Shown piece by piece: positions 1-9,405 of a DNA stretch of 64,000 nt (within the stretch, counting starts at the first letter, position 1; every line of letters begins with the position of its first letter). Both the position numbers and the translations under genes were made by a program. The notes below the pieces were generated by a model. The model saw only the letters and a program-made list of their open reading frames with translations, made no database searches and was not told where the DNA came from. This DNA is from Planctomycetota bacterium (GTDB taxonomy: Bacteria > Planctomycetota > UBA8108 > UBA1146), in assembly GCA_036125855.1 (NCBI GenBank), contig JAYZTT010000027.1, positions 77,420 to 141,419 of the forward strand, in the 5' to 3' direction.

Positions 1-825
1 GAAGGTGTTGAACACACTGCGCGCGACTGTGGAGATCTGCTACTGCGAGCCGCCTCCCTGGTGGAGCAAGCGGAAATTCATATCGAACAGCGAAACCTGG
101 ACGAGGCTCGACAGAGTTATTCGGAAGCCGATGATCTGCATCAAGCATTTGCCGAACAACTTCCGCATGCTCTGCGAGAGCAGTATCTATCCCGGCATCG
201 GGTTGGTGAAACGCGCAAGGGGCAAAAAGTGGTTCGAGAGATATCTTCTCAATTGCCAGAAACCCCGCTAGAGGATGTCAATCCCATCGAACCCGTGACT
301 GAACAGGTTGCCGATGAAACAGCTCACTCCGAGGAGATGCTGAGGGTCGCATCGCTGCTAACCGAAGCTGCTTCCGCCTCGATGCCACGAGTTCTGATAC
401 CAAAAGCACTGGCATGTCTGGTTCGTTCGACCGGTTCGAAACAGGGCTGGGTATTGAGCCGCAACGGAGATGAAGTCCGGGTCGTGTGTGGAGCTCATCA
501 AGATGGAACGCCTCTCAAGGGCTCCCTGGAGAGAATCGCTCTTGCCGCCGTTGAAGATGTCTGGGACACCGGGCGCTCAATTCTGGCTCCACGCGTAGTC
601 GATGAACCAAGGGTTCAGGCGATGGAAGGACTCTATTCTTCCGGAGTACAGAGCCTGGCGGTGATTCCATTGCATCGTGACGGAACGATACGGGCAGTCG
701 CTTATCTGGCGGATCCAGAACCTGCTCAACTGGTCAGTTCGTCGAGCAAGGCGCTGCTCGATGCACACTCGGGCTTGTTGGGGCTGTTGATGCCAAGAAA
801 TTCCACAGTTTCTACACATCCCTGA
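1..825 (+). CDS. C-terminal fragment of a larger regulatory protein (helical/TPR-like segment followed by a GAF domain); 5' end lies outside the window
   Basis: Frame 1 is open from nt 1 to the TGA at 823-825, so the GTG at 61 used by the ORF track is probably internal. The last ~150 aa (WVLSRNGDEVRVVCGA...SLAVIPLHRDGTIRAVAYLAD) have the pattern of GAF domains. Confidence 0.6.
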   Translation, partial: EGVEHTARDCGDLLLRAASLVEQAEIHIEQRNLDEARQSYSEADDLHQAFAEQLPHALREQYLSRHRVGETRKGQKVVREISSQLPETPLEDVNPIEPVTEQVADETAHSEEMLRVASLLTEAASASMPRVLIPKALACLVRSTGSKQGWVLSRNGDEVRVVCGAHQDGTPLKGSLERIALAAVEDVWDTGRSILAPRVVDEPRVQAMEGLYSSGVQSLAVIPLHRDGTIRAVAYLADPEPAQLVSSSSKALLDAHSGLLGLLMPRNSTVSTHP

Positions 826-856
826 CTCGTGCCTGCATTGCGGTTATCTTCGAGCC

Positions 857-1630
857 ATGCGTATCGCCTCCCTGACCTGTTCCAATACGGAGATCGTCTG
901 TGCTCTCGGTCTCGGTGATCAACTGGTGGCTCTCGATGATTATTCTGATCATCCAGCCTCCATCGTGGACAGCGTGCCGCGTCTCGGGCCAGATCTCTCC
1001 ATCGATGTAAATGCCCTGGAAAAATTGAAACCAGATCTTGTGCTGGCCTCCTTGACCGTACCGGGTCATGAGAAGGTGGTGGAAGCTGTTGCCGATCGCG
1101 GATTGCCATACATCGCACCCGATCCGCAGTGTCTTTCTGACATCTTTCGGGACATCGCTGATATTTCTCGGCATCTGAATGTCGTCAGGCGAGGAGAGGC
1201 ATTGATCGACTGGATGAAAAAAGGGCTTCAGGAGCGGGAAATCGATCATCAGAAGAAACCGATTCTCATCGAGTGGTGGCCCCGGCCAGTCTACGCGCCG
1301 GGGCAAAAATCGTGGGTCAATGAGATGCTGGAACTGGCCGGGGCGGTCAATCCATGGAATGAAATTCCGCAGCACAGTTTCGAGTTGAGCCGGGACCAGG
1401 CGGTCGAAAAAGACCCGGAAGCGATAGTGATCTCCTGGTGTGGGATCGATCCATCCCACTACCAGCCCGACAAGGTGCTGTCGAGATCGGGGTGGCAGGA
1501 GATCGCCGCGATTCGTCACAAGAGGGTGTTCACGATCCCCGAAGCCTATCTGGGGCGGCCCGGTCCCCGTGTGGTGGAGGGGGTGCAGCGGCTCAGAGCG
1601 GTAGTGGAGTCTCTGGTCCGCGAGTCGTGA
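857..1630 (+). CDS. Periplasmic-binding-protein type 2 fold protein (BtuF/TroA/FhuD-like cobalamin or iron-chelate binding protein), apparently without a signal peptide
   Basis: MRIASLTCSNTEIVCALGLGDQLVALDDYSDHP...LKPDLVLAS...WWPRP...ISWCG is typical of Peripla_BP_2 proteins. There is no hydrophobic leader or lipobox. ATG at 857. Confidence 0.7.
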   Translation: MRIASLTCSNTEIVCALGLGDQLVALDDYSDHPASIVDSVPRLGPDLSIDVNALEKLKPDLVLASLTVPGHEKVVEAVADRGLPYIAPDPQCLSDIFRDIADISRHLNVVRRGEALIDWMKKGLQEREIDHQKKPILIEWWPRPVYAPGQKSWVNEMLELAGAVNPWNEIPQHSFELSRDQAVEKDPEAIVISWCGIDPSHYQPDKVLSRSGWQEIAAIRHKRVFTIPEAYLGRPGPRVVEGVQRLRAVVESLVRES

Positions 1631-1715
1631 ATTGCCGGTATCCTTGGGTGGGCTGGCAGTCTCGGGTAAAAGAGGAGCATGATTTTGGCCAGGATCGGCC
1701 TCGGGAGAGAGCTAC

Positions 1716-2063
1716 ATGAAGAAGATTGACTGGTGGTATCACCGCAACGGCTGAACTTCCTGCAAGAGAGCCCAGGAGTTCCTGGGAGATGATCCTGTGG
1801 TGAAGGAACGGGTCGATGCCAAGAAGAATCGAATCGGCACCGATGAGGCACTGGCGCTGGCCCGTTCGGCGAAGCGGGTTCTGATCGCCAGGGGCAAGAA
1901 GTACGTTGATTACGACATGAAGAAGGGCGCCCCCGGAGATGAGGAACTGGTCAAAGGGATCATGGGGCCCAGTGGAAACCTGAGAGCTCCGACACTACGC
2001 ATCGGACAAACCGTGGTCGTTGGTTATCACGATGAAGTTTATTCCGAAGTGATGGGCTGCTGA
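1716..2063 (+). CDS. ArsC/Spx/YffB-family thioredoxin-fold protein with an in-frame TGA at codon 13 (candidate selenocysteine, UXXC redox motif)
   Basis: One frame runs from ATG 1716 to the stop at 2061-2063, interrupted only by TGA 1752-1754. The conceptual product is MKKIDWWYHRNG-U-TSCKRAQEFLG...NLRAPTLRIGQTVVVGYHDEVYSEV. The TGA lies where Spx has the first Cys of CTSC and YffB has NCDTCKKA. The C-terminus resembles Spx RRPIIIDEKRLQVGYNEDE. The track lists only the 88-aa tail from GTG 1797. Confidence 0.6.
1771..1786 (+). promoter_or_regulatory. Candidate bacterial SECIS-like hairpin downstream of the in-frame TGA
   Basis: Perfect 6-bp stem CCCAGG/CCUGGG with loop AGUU (contains G-U). It starts 17 nt after the UGA (1752-1754). 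The stem is short and I could not extend it. Confidence 0.4.
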
Positions 2064-2076
2064 AGAAGGGGAAAAG

Positions 2077-2940
2077 TTGGGCATCTTCGATCGTGACTAC
2101 ATGCAGAGTTCCAGCGGGACCGGTCAAATGCTCCGGAGCATGAGCGCTGTAAAGTGGATCGTCACCATCAATATCGCGGTCTTCATCGCATGGCAGTTCT
2201 CATCCGGCAGTTTGTTCATGCCCTATAACTTCATGACCAGCTGGACCCATCTGGAGTCAGGGCGGATCTGGACTCCCATCACGGCCGCTTTTTCTCATAT
2301 CCAGTTCTGGCACATCCTCATCAACATGCTGGTGTTCCTGTCCTTTGCTCCGGTTCTGGAGGCGCGTTGGGGAAAGAAGCGCTTCCTCGCTTTTTATCTG
2401 GCTTCGGCGATCTTCTCCTCGTTGCTTCATGCTTCGATGGTGCTGTTTGAATTTCGCGATGTTCCGGCTCTCGGTGCCTCCGGTGCCGTCTGTGCCGTCA
2501 CCACCGCCTTCGCCTGCTACTACCCGAAAAATGTCATTTTGATCTGGGGCATCCTGCCGGCTCCCGCCTGGCTCATCGTCGCCGCGTTCGCCTTCTTTGA
2601 CATCAAGGGACTGATCGACCAGGGGCAGGGGGCCACCACCGGTATTGGACACGCCGCCCACCTCGGCGGTGTGATCTTCGCTCTGTTTGTCCTGATGGTT
2701 CTGCCGAGATTGGGCATCACAGGCGGAAGTCAGCCCGGAAACCGCCAGCGTGTCAGTGCCAATCGAAATCCCGCCGACTACTATCCTACTCCTCCCTCCT
2801 CAACTGACCGGGATATCGCCGAAGAGGAGCGACTCGATGAGCTCCTCACCAAGGTGAGTCGCGAAGGGATCCACGCTCTCGATGATCAGGAGAGGGAGGA
2901 TTTGCATCGAATCAGTCGCAAGCACAGAGATGCTCCTTGA
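2077..2940 (+). CDS. Rhomboid-family intramembrane serine protease
   Basis: Catalytic-serine motif ALGASGAVCAV and downstream histidine motif HAAHLGGVIF, with multiple hydrophobic helices. TTG start at 2077 after GAAGGGGA. Confidence 0.85.
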   Translation: MGIFDRDYMQSSSGTGQMLRSMSAVKWIVTINIAVFIAWQFSSGSLFMPYNFMTSWTHLESGRIWTPITAAFSHIQFWHILINMLVFLSFAPVLEARWGKKRFLAFYLASAIFSSLLHASMVLFEFRDVPALGASGAVCAVTTAFACYYPKNVILIWGILPAPAWLIVAAFAFFDIKGLIDQGQGATTGIGHAAHLGGVIFALFVLMVLPRLGITGGSQPGNRQRVSANRNPADYYPTPPSSTDRDIAEEERLDELLTKVSREGIHALDDQEREDLHRISRKHRDAP

Positions 2941-3293
2941 GATTTTTTGATTCGATACAGCAGTGGTATCGGCGCTGGAAGCTGTTTCAGCGAGCCCGCT
3001 CGATCTTGCGTGGTATTTTTCAACAGCCGGAGCGATTGCAGGAGACATCCCTGAAGCCGTCTCACTTCGGGCGCTGTGATGTGGTCGATGTGGAGTCGGA
3101 AGATACGGAAATTCGGTCAATTACCTTTCAAATCCTGCGCCATCCCCGTCCTCATCCCTTTTCCAGGCAGTACCACCTGGTAGCAGAGAGGTGGAAGATT
3201 TCATTACCGGATGGCAGGCCTGAGCGTTGTGGTTCGGTCAATCTGAGCCGCTTGCGTGGAAGAGATGGCGAACCTCCCGGTTCGTTCCCTTGA
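2937..3293 (+). CDS. Hypothetical protein (weak call)
   Basis: 118-codon ORF with a TTG start overlapping the rhomboid stop by 4 nt. Codon usage looks similar to its neighbours. No recognisable motif. A competing antisense ORF (2800-3120) exists. Confidence 0.3.
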   Translation: MRFFDSIQQWYRRWKLFQRARSILRGIFQQPERLQETSLKPSHFGRCDVVDVESEDTEIRSITFQILRHPRPHPFSRQYHLVAERWKISLPDGRPERCGSVNLSRLRGRDGEPPGSFP

Positions 3294-3355
3294 CGAGCCC
3301 CCGGTCTACCGGCGACGATCAGGGACCGTCATGATGATGGATGAGGAGGAATAGG

Positions 3356-4399
3356 ATGAAACTTCTGAAGGAGCTGTGCGAGGCCTATGGTGCTCCGGGA
3401 TTTGAGGATCGAATCCGGGCGATTTTTCGTCGAGAAATCGAACCACATGTCGACCGCATCGAGGTCGATGGTCTCGGCAACTGCATTGCGATCAAGGAAG
3501 GTAACCCCGGTTCTCCCAAGGTGATGCTGGCCGGTCATATGGACGAGATCGGATTTGTCGTCAAGCACATCGATGACAAGGGCTTCATCCGCCTGTCACC
3601 GCTGGGTGGGTTCGATCCGAAAACGCTGATTGCCAAGCGGGTCACCATCATCACGACATCGGGTGAAGAGGTCACGGGCATGATCGGATCGAAACCGATT
3701 CACATCATGACCCCGGAGGATCGAAAGAAGATGCCCACGGTCCCGGAGTTGTTCGTCGATGTGGGAATGTCTGCCGAGGATGCGAGATCAAAAATTGAAA
3801 TCGGGGATCCGGTAACTCTCCAGCAGCCTTTCCAGGTTCACGGTGATCGCTGCACCGGAAAGAGTCTCGACAATCGAGTTTCGATCTACACATTGATTGA
3901 ATCAGTCCGTCGTTATTCCAATGAAAATGTCAGTGTTTATGCAGTGGCGACCACTCAGGAGGAGATTGGTCTCCGCGGTGCGATGACGGCATCGCACAGG
4001 ATCGAGCCCGATTGCGGGGTTGCCATCGATGTGACCCTTGCCTGTGACACTCCTGGTGCCAGCGATCACGAAAAGATATCGGCTCTCGGCGATGGAGTGG
4101 CGATCAAGGTGCACGATTCCTCCAGCATTTCCAATCCCAAGATGGTCAAAGCGATGCGTGAAATCGCCCGAGAAGAAAAGATCCCATTTCAGATGGAGAT
4201 TCTGACGATGGGAGGGACCGATGCCGGCGGTATTCAGCGTGGCGGCAGTGCCGTTCCTGCAATTACCCTGTCAGTCCCATGTCGGTACGTACATACCGTG
4301 GTCGAGACCATCGATGCGAAGGATCTGGAGGCGACGGTCGAGTTGCTGGCCGGATTCCTCAATCGAGCACACCAGATCGATCTCAGTTACGACGGTTGA
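3356..4399 (+). CDS. M42-family metallo-aminopeptidase (FrvX/PepA/endoglucanase-like)
   Basis: N-terminus MKLLKELCEAYGAPGFE plus GHMDEIGF and TTQEEIGLRGA motifs typical of M42. ATG 3356 lies 5 nt after GGAGGA. The track ORF starts 15 nt earlier. Confidence 0.85.
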   Translation: MKLLKELCEAYGAPGFEDRIRAIFRREIEPHVDRIEVDGLGNCIAIKEGNPGSPKVMLAGHMDEIGFVVKHIDDKGFIRLSPLGGFDPKTLIAKRVTIITTSGEEVTGMIGSKPIHIMTPEDRKKMPTVPELFVDVGMSAEDARSKIEIGDPVTLQQPFQVHGDRCTGKSLDNRVSIYTLIESVRRYSNENVSVYAVATTQEEIGLRGAMTASHRIEPDCGVAIDVTLACDTPGASDHEKISALGDGVAIKVHDSSSISNPKMVKAMREIAREEKIPFQMEILTMGGTDAGGIQRGGSAVPAITLSVPCRYVHTVVETIDAKDLEATVELLAGFLNRAHQIDLSYDG

Positions 4400-4986
4400 T
4401 CGGCGCTCTCTTTTTCCCAGATGGTGAGGCGAGTTTCGCCATAGCGCTTCCCCTTCCAGGCTTTTAAACCCGGGGGGGCAGGCGCTGCGTCTTCCCGTAC
4501 TGGATGTTCCATCGCGAGCAATCCGCCAGGCTTGAGCCACTGGCTTGCTGCTAGCTGCTGCGCCAGTTGCCACGGCGGCTGCCCTGGCTGGCTGTAATCA
4601 GGAAATGGTGGGTCGATCAGGATAATCTCGAATTCGCCACCGGGTGCCGGTTCCTCTGGCAGTCGGTAAGCATCTGCCTGGAGGATCTTGCACTGTGCCT
4701 GGATGCCGAGCACTTTCAGATTCTTCTCGAGAAGCTGGCCAACCGCGGGATCCTTCTCGACATGAACTGCTTGTCTGGCACCACGAGAGACCGCTTCGAT
4801 ACCGAGGGCGCCGGAACCGGCAAAAACATCGAGTACGCGTGCTGCCTCCAGATGATCCTGGATGCTGTTGAAGAGTGACTCCCGAACTCGCGATCTCATC
4901 GGTCGAACGGTAAGGCCCGCCGGAACCTCAATTTTGCGGCCTCTCAACTGACCGCTAGAGATCCTGAGCGAGCCATTACGAGTCAT
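4387..4986 (-). CDS. rsmD: 16S rRNA (guanine966-N2)-methyltransferase
   Basis: SAM-binding motif DVFAGSGALGIEAVSRGA and the ILIDPPFP motif characteristic of RsmD. Its 3' end overlaps the convergent M42 gene by 13 nt. Confidence 0.8.
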   Translation of the reverse strand: MTRNGSLRISSGQLRGRKIEVPAGLTVRPMRSRVRESLFNSIQDHLEAARVLDVFAGSGALGIEAVSRGARQAVHVEKDPAVGQLLEKNLKVLGIQAQCKILQADAYRLPEEPAPGGEFEIILIDPPFPDYSQPGQPPWQLAQQLAASQWLKPGGLLAMEHPVREDAAPAPPGLKAWKGKRYGETRLTIWEKESADQPS

Positions 4987-5004
4987 GACGACAACCCAGT
5001 CTCC

Positions 5005-5487
5005 TCAGGAGACCAGCCGGTTGTCCGAAGCCGCGAGTCGTTGAGCCAGAATGCGAGCCATGTTGAGGATCACCTTGTAGGCGACCAGATCCCCTTCTTC
5101 GAGCAGCTTCTGGAATGGCTCGGAAGGAATCTTCTTGAGGCGCCCATCCTCGACACACATGACAGTTGCGCTGCGCAAATCATTGCTGATCAGGGACATT
5201 TCACCGAAGAAGGACAGCTCTTCGAGTCTACCGAGAACCTCGTTACGATTGCCTGACTTCAGAACTTCGAAGGCACCGGCGCCGATGATGTAGAAACCAT
5301 CCCCTGGAGTATCCTGCAGTACAACGGTATCACTCTTCCGGGCAGTGATATCTTCCGAGATGCGCAGTAGCTGCGAAATTTCTGACGGTTCGAGTCCCTC
5401 GAACAGAGGAACCTTCTGGAAACTCTCGACATATTCGTTCAACTCGACAACTCCCTCGTTGTGGGGCTGTTTCGACCACCGGATCAA
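5005..5487 (-). CDS. Stand-alone cyclic-nucleotide-binding domain protein
   Basis: FFGEMSLISNDLRSATV phosphate-binding-cassette signature and the beta-roll pattern of cNMP-binding domains. No attached output domain. Confidence 0.75.
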   Translation of the reverse strand: MIRWSKQPHNEGVVELNEYVESFQKVPLFEGLEPSEISQLLRISEDITARKSDTVVLQDTPGDGFYIIGAGAFEVLKSGNRNEVLGRLEELSFFGEMSLISNDLRSATVMCVEDGRLKKIPSEPFQKLLEEGDLVAYKVILNMARILAQRLAASDNRLVS

Positions 5488-5564
5488 TCCGGTTCAGGCC
5501 CTTCAGTACCAACGAATACCTTAGCGTTTTCCCGCACATGCCGCAACGGCACCCGGAAGCCTCT

Positions 5565-6581
5565 TCAACCGGCAGAGATCGGGCTAGCGGCCTCCCACCA
5601 GGGTGCAAGATCACCGGGTAGGGGCGCTTCGAACTGCATCGGTTGCTGGCTGATAGGGTGGTGAAGGAACAGTCGCCAGGCATGGAGAGCATGACGTTCG
5701 AGAATTGCTGGAGGTGCGTCGGGGGAGAAGGAGGTCAGATCTGCCCGGGTTTCTCTCCCGTAGAGGAAATCGCACAGGATGGGGTGACCGATGGCGCGCA
5801 AATGGACACGGATCTGGTGAGTCCTGCCGGTTCGCGGAAAGCAATGAAACCAGCCACAGGAAGATGCCTTCTCACCAGCGAGAACACGATCGAGCTTCCA
5901 CGCAGTGAAGGCACTCCGTGCTTCCTTGTCATGACGGACCACTCTCTTCTTCGGGTTCGTCAGTGACCGTCCCAGAGACAGGTCGATTTCGCCGGAGTGA
6001 TTTGTTGGGACTCCATGGCACAGAGCCAGATATTCCTTGGAAACCTCTCGATCATGAAACTGACGGGCGAGCTCCCGGTGAGATTGGTCAGACCGTGCGA
6101 TGATCATCAGGCCGGAAGTTTCGCGATCGAGTCTATGAACGATGCCAGGCCGATCCTGTCCAGCGCAGGTAGAGAGTTGCTCGCTATGTCCCAGCAGGGC
6201 GTTGACCAGGGTCTTCTCGGGAGGATGACCCGGAGCTGGATGGACGATCATGCCAGCTTCCTTCGAGATGACGAGGATATGCTCATCTTCATAGATCAGG
6301 TCCAGCGGATGGTCCTCGGCCAGCGGCATCGGCGAGGGCGGCGGTGGTGCCTGGAACTGAACGACGCTATCGGCAAGAATTCGTTGGGATGGCCGGCACG
6401 GTTTTCCATCGAAGGTGACCCGGCCTTCTTCGATAAATCGTTGAATCGCAGATCGGGAATATTCCGGAATCTGTTGAGAGAGCCACCGATCAATCCGTTC
6501 GCCAGCATCCTGCGACTCGACGCGACGCAACCATGCAGTCGGATCAGAGGGGCCGGAAGGCCCCTCAGTTACCGTCACCAC
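5565..6581 (-). CDS. rluD: RluA-family 23S rRNA pseudouridine synthase with N-terminal S4 domain (RluD-like)
   Basis: S4-like segment (RIDRWLSQQIPEYSRSAIQRFIEEGRVTFDG) and catalytic motif HRLDRETSGLMIIA. Confidence 0.85.
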   Translation of the reverse strand: MVTVTEGPSGPSDPTAWLRRVESQDAGERIDRWLSQQIPEYSRSAIQRFIEEGRVTFDGKPCRPSQRILADSVVQFQAPPPPSPMPLAEDHPLDLIYEDEHILVISKEAGMIVHPAPGHPPEKTLVNALLGHSEQLSTCAGQDRPGIVHRLDRETSGLMIIARSDQSHRELARQFHDREVSKEYLALCHGVPTNHSGEIDLSLGRSLTNPKKRVVRHDKEARSAFTAWKLDRVLAGEKASSCGWFHCFPRTGRTHQIRVHLRAIGHPILCDFLYGRETRADLTSFSPDAPPAILERHALHAWRLFLHHPISQQPMQFEAPLPGDLAPWWEAASPISAG

Positions 6582-7359
6582 CGGTAGTGGGGGGAGGGGG
6601 ACCGAGGTCTTCCGGTTTCGCCTCCGGTTTTCCCTCCGGCTTCGGCTCGGCCTGCTCCGTCGGTGGGGGTGCTGGTTGCAGGGATGGCTTCTCAGCAGGG
6701 GTCAGTTGCGGCTTTTCGCCGGTCGTTGTGGGAGTCGGGGTCGTATCTGGCGTGGCATCGGTACTCAGGGTTGGACCATCTGTTGTCGTGGTGGAGTCGC
6801 TCTCTGCTGGAGGAGTCGTCGCATCCGTCGTGACCACTGGTTCCGGCTCCGGGGCGGGAGGCTCGGGCAGCACAAAGCCGGTGCTCGCCTCCTGTGAAGT
6901 ACGGAATTCCTGCAGGTAGGAGTTGATGAGGAAATTTTCGGGGAATCGTTGCTGGCTATTCTGCAGCAATTCGATCGCCTCCTGTCGGCTGGCGTCGTCG
7001 CCTTGATCCCAGTACCAGCGAGCGATGCGTTCGATGGTGTAGGTTTCAATCGCCTGTCCCCGGAAGCTTTCCAGGAGACCGGGAATCCTGGCCCGGACCT
7101 CGTCGGCCTCACCGGCCAGCGAGGCATCGATTTCATTATTCGAGGCCTGGATTTCATGTTCTTTGAACTTGTCGATGACGGTAGGCAGCATGATCAAGCC
7201 AAGTATGACGACGACACCGATGACGATCGGAGTCGCATTGATCTTGGCCGCCTTGGCGACTTCAATCGTCAGATTTTCGATGGTTGTGTCTAGTTCACCA
7301 GGGTCCCCGTCGGGGTCATGATCTCTGTTCCCGGGTCTTGCCGGACCAGTTTTTGCCAT
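6565..7359 (-). CDS. Single-pass membrane protein with Pro/Thr/Glu-rich C-terminal tail, function unknown
   Basis: One hydrophobic helix (PIVIGVVVILGLIMLPTVI), a helical domain, then a low-complexity PEPPAPEPEPVVTTDATTPP...KPEGKPEAKPE tail. The stop overlaps the rluD start by 17 nt. Confidence 0.55.
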   Translation of the reverse strand: MAKTGPARPGNRDHDPDGDPGELDTTIENLTIEVAKAAKINATPIVIGVVVILGLIMLPTVIDKFKEHEIQASNNEIDASLAGEADEVRARIPGLLESFRGQAIETYTIERIARWYWDQGDDASRQEAIELLQNSQQRFPENFLINSYLQEFRTSQEASTGFVLPEPPAPEPEPVVTTDATTPPAESDSTTTTDGPTLSTDATPDTTPTPTTTGEKPQLTPAEKPSLQPAPPPTEQAEPKPEGKPEAKPEDLGPPPPTTGGDGN

Positions 7360-7412
7360 CTTGGAATGGTCTCCCTATCTCTCTTCCGAGTTGCGTCGAG
7401 GCAACAGTTTGA

Positions 7413-7853
7413 TCAGGAATCAACGCCGATACGTACAACCAGTTTGGTCACGTAATTTTTCCCTCTGCCATCCGGAATTCTCTGGATCAGGACCTCGGCG
7501 TATTCGCCTGGCTTACGGTAACGGATTTGTTGTTCGCTGGAATAATCTTCTGCTGAAACATACTCCCAGCCATGAATCGGCATCTGCTCCTTGTACCAGG
7601 AAGCGAGTTCAATAATCGGACGGTCTCCCCAGTAAATTACCTCGACAGTTCTCATCGGTTGCGGCGCATGCTGGAACTTGAGATAGGACCAGGAATCGTT
7701 GTCGAGTTCAAAACCGAAAGGTGCTGGGATATCGTCTGGTTGATATTGCTCGACCACCGCAATGGAATCCTCTACCGGAACCAGACCCTGGCAGCCGGTC
7801 AGGATGAGAGTGATCGAAGCGCAACAAAGCACCATGCATGTGATCGATTTCAT
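7413..7853 (-). CDS. Lipoprotein, function unknown
   Basis: MKSITCMVLCCASITLILTGCQG is a signal peptide plus lipobox. ATG at 7853 was chosen over the longer track ORF (to 7979), which has no leader-like N-terminus. Confidence 0.55.
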   Translation of the reverse strand: MKSITCMVLCCASITLILTGCQGLVPVEDSIAVVEQYQPDDIPAPFGFELDNDSWSYLKFQHAPQPMRTVEVIYWGDRPIIELASWYKEQMPIHGWEYVSAEDYSSEQQIRYRKPGEYAEVLIQRIPDGRGKNYVTKLVVRIGVDS

Positions 7854-8094
7854 TTTGCTGTCCTCACTCCGAGCCTCAGGCATGGACATAGCGGACCTCC
7901 TGCTCATTCCGGGGATTCTGTCCGAGAACGACTTATTGCCGCTGGTTGCCCCGGTCGGTTCGCGCAGCATAATCGCCACACGCTCCCGAGGCGAGTCCTC
8001 GACACCATCTCAGGAGTACTCGATCCGGGAGTCGGAGGGAACCCAATTGCCCCAGCTGGCCAGGCCAATCCGACGATCTCTCGCCTCGGCGGCG

Positions 8095-9405
8095 ATGGAG
8101 CTGGCCCGCCATCCATGGCGTACTTTGTTGATTTGCCAGGGGATTTTATGGGCCGTGGCCCTGATGGTGGCTCCGGCGTCGATTCTCCAGGGTTCCCGGC
8201 AAGCGGCGGTCGATCAAGCCCGAGAGCTGAAAACCGATCTGGTCCAGGTCGAAGTCGAGCAGGGAGCCTCCTCTGCCCTGACGGTCGAGGATGTGACCCT
8301 GCTGGCTCGAAATCTCGAGCAGCAATTTCCCGGAACAAGGGTCAGCGGCCAGAAGGCGCGATCGGTGCAGATCGAAGTTGCCGGGGAGAGGGTGCGCGGC
8401 TGGATCGTGATTTCCGATGTGACAGAGATCGATGCCCGTTCGCTCAAGTTGAACTCTGGACGCTGGTACCGGACGGGGGTGGATCCGCCGGAAGTGGTGG
8501 TGGAAGAACCCCTGGCCAGACGGTTGGGGATCTCCATCGATGCCGCCGGGGAGGGGCATCCGCAGGAAATCTGGCTGGCTCCGGGTCCTGCGCAGCCACC
8601 ATCCACTCAAGGGACCGATCCGTGGCCAGCAGGTATCGGCGGGGAAATCCCGCACGGTGCCAGATTGTGGAAAGTAGTGGGTGTCATCGAATCGCCGGGG
8701 GAGTCCGCCATCAATCCGCTGGGCTTCGGCGAGGATCATCAGTTTGCGGGCCTGGTGGAAGGCGTACTGCGGATGATCGGAGTTTCTCCCGATCCAGCGC
8801 CCTGGTTGCAGTCCGGGATGTCGATGCATCTGGATCGAGAGAACCTCGATGAGGAGTTTGTCGATTGGATCGTCGTTTCGACCGATCCGAATCGTGTGGC
8901 CGAAGTGAGTCGAGAAGTCGAGAACACCCTGATCTCGCGAGGGCGAACTCCGTTGATCTATGCCAACGCGGCGTGGGCGATTCTGGCGAGTCCTGAACTG
9001 GATGGGTATCTGGTGCTGCATGATGTGTTCTTTGCCATCACAGCGGTAATCGGCCTGCTGGTTCTCACCAATCTAATGCTGTTGACCGGTCGTCGAAGAA
9101 GAGCAGAAGTGGGATTGCGCCGCGCAGAGGGTGCTACCAGGGCCGACATCTTCTGGCAGTTCCTGGTCGAAGGAATCTGCATCTCCCTGGTCGGAGCGAT
9201 CCTCGGATCGATGGTGGGAGTTGCTTTGGCGACGCTACGGGCAACGCTCGATCCGGCTGCGGTTCTCGCCGCGACCTGGCCCTGGAGCACCATCGTCGAG
9301 GCGATGGCCATCGTCATCGTGGGGGCGGCAGTCGCCTCGGCGGGACCCGCCTGGTCGGTGAGTGGTACCGATCCCGCCCTGTTACTCAGGGAGGGACGTG
9401 GATGA
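8095..9405 (+). CDS. ABC transporter permease, FtsX/MacB/LolC-like (first of two)
   Basis: N-terminal TM helix, large extracytoplasmic loop and a C-terminal FtsX-type bundle (RRAEGATRADIFWQFLVEGICISLVGAILG). ATG 8095 (MELARHPWRTLL) was chosen because the upstream part of the track ORF overlaps the divergent lipoprotein gene. Confidence 0.75.
   Translation: MELARHPWRTLLICQGILWAVALMVAPASILQGSRQAAVDQARELKTDLVQVEVEQGASSALTVEDVTLLARNLEQQFPGTRVSGQKARSVQIEVAGERVRGWIVISDVTEIDARSLKLNSGRWYRTGVDPPEVVVEEPLARRLGISIDAAGEGHPQEIWLAPGPAQPPSTQGTDPWPAGIGGEIPHGARLWKVVGVIESPGESAINPLGFGEDHQFAGLVEGVLRMIGVSPDPAPWLQSGMSMHLDRENLDEEFVDWIVVSTDPNRVAEVSREVENTLISRGRTPLIYANAAWAILASPELDGYLVLHDVFFAITAVIGLLVLTNLMLLTGRRRRAEVGLRRAEGATRADIFWQFLVEGICISLVGAILGSMVGVALATLRATLDPAAVLAATWPWSTIVEAMAIVIVGAAVASAGPAWSVSGTDPALLLREGRG

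Noticed and set aside
826-856. Looked for a cobalamin riboswitch upstream of the BtuF-like gene. Also considered the AAGCCGGGCUCCACUG string at 60972-60987 as a B12-box.
   Set aside because: Only 31 nt separate the BtuF-like gene from the preceding gene. The second site lacks the conserved GCCACUG box context and the surrounding helices.
2052-2063. The ArsC-like gene ends ...Gly-Cys-TGA, reminiscent of the thioredoxin-reductase GCUG selenocysteine tail.
   Set aside because: Read-through would give GC-U-RRGKVGHLRS rather than GCUG-stop. No hairpin follows, and the rhomboid gene starts 14 nt later. Treated as a normal stop.
6533-6919. Plus-strand 128-aa Gly/Ser/Val-rich ORF.
   Set aside because: It is the mirror image of the Pro/Thr/Glu-rich tail of the minus-strand membrane protein. 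Low-complexity antisense artefact.
7572-9021. Long alternative-frame ORFs (7572-8852 plus strand, 426 aa; 8146-9021 minus strand, 291 aa) overlapping the first FtsX permease gene.
   Set aside because: The translations are Arg/Gly/Pro/Ser-rich low-complexity sequence typical of off-frame reading of GC-rich genes. The permease frame has clear family motifs.
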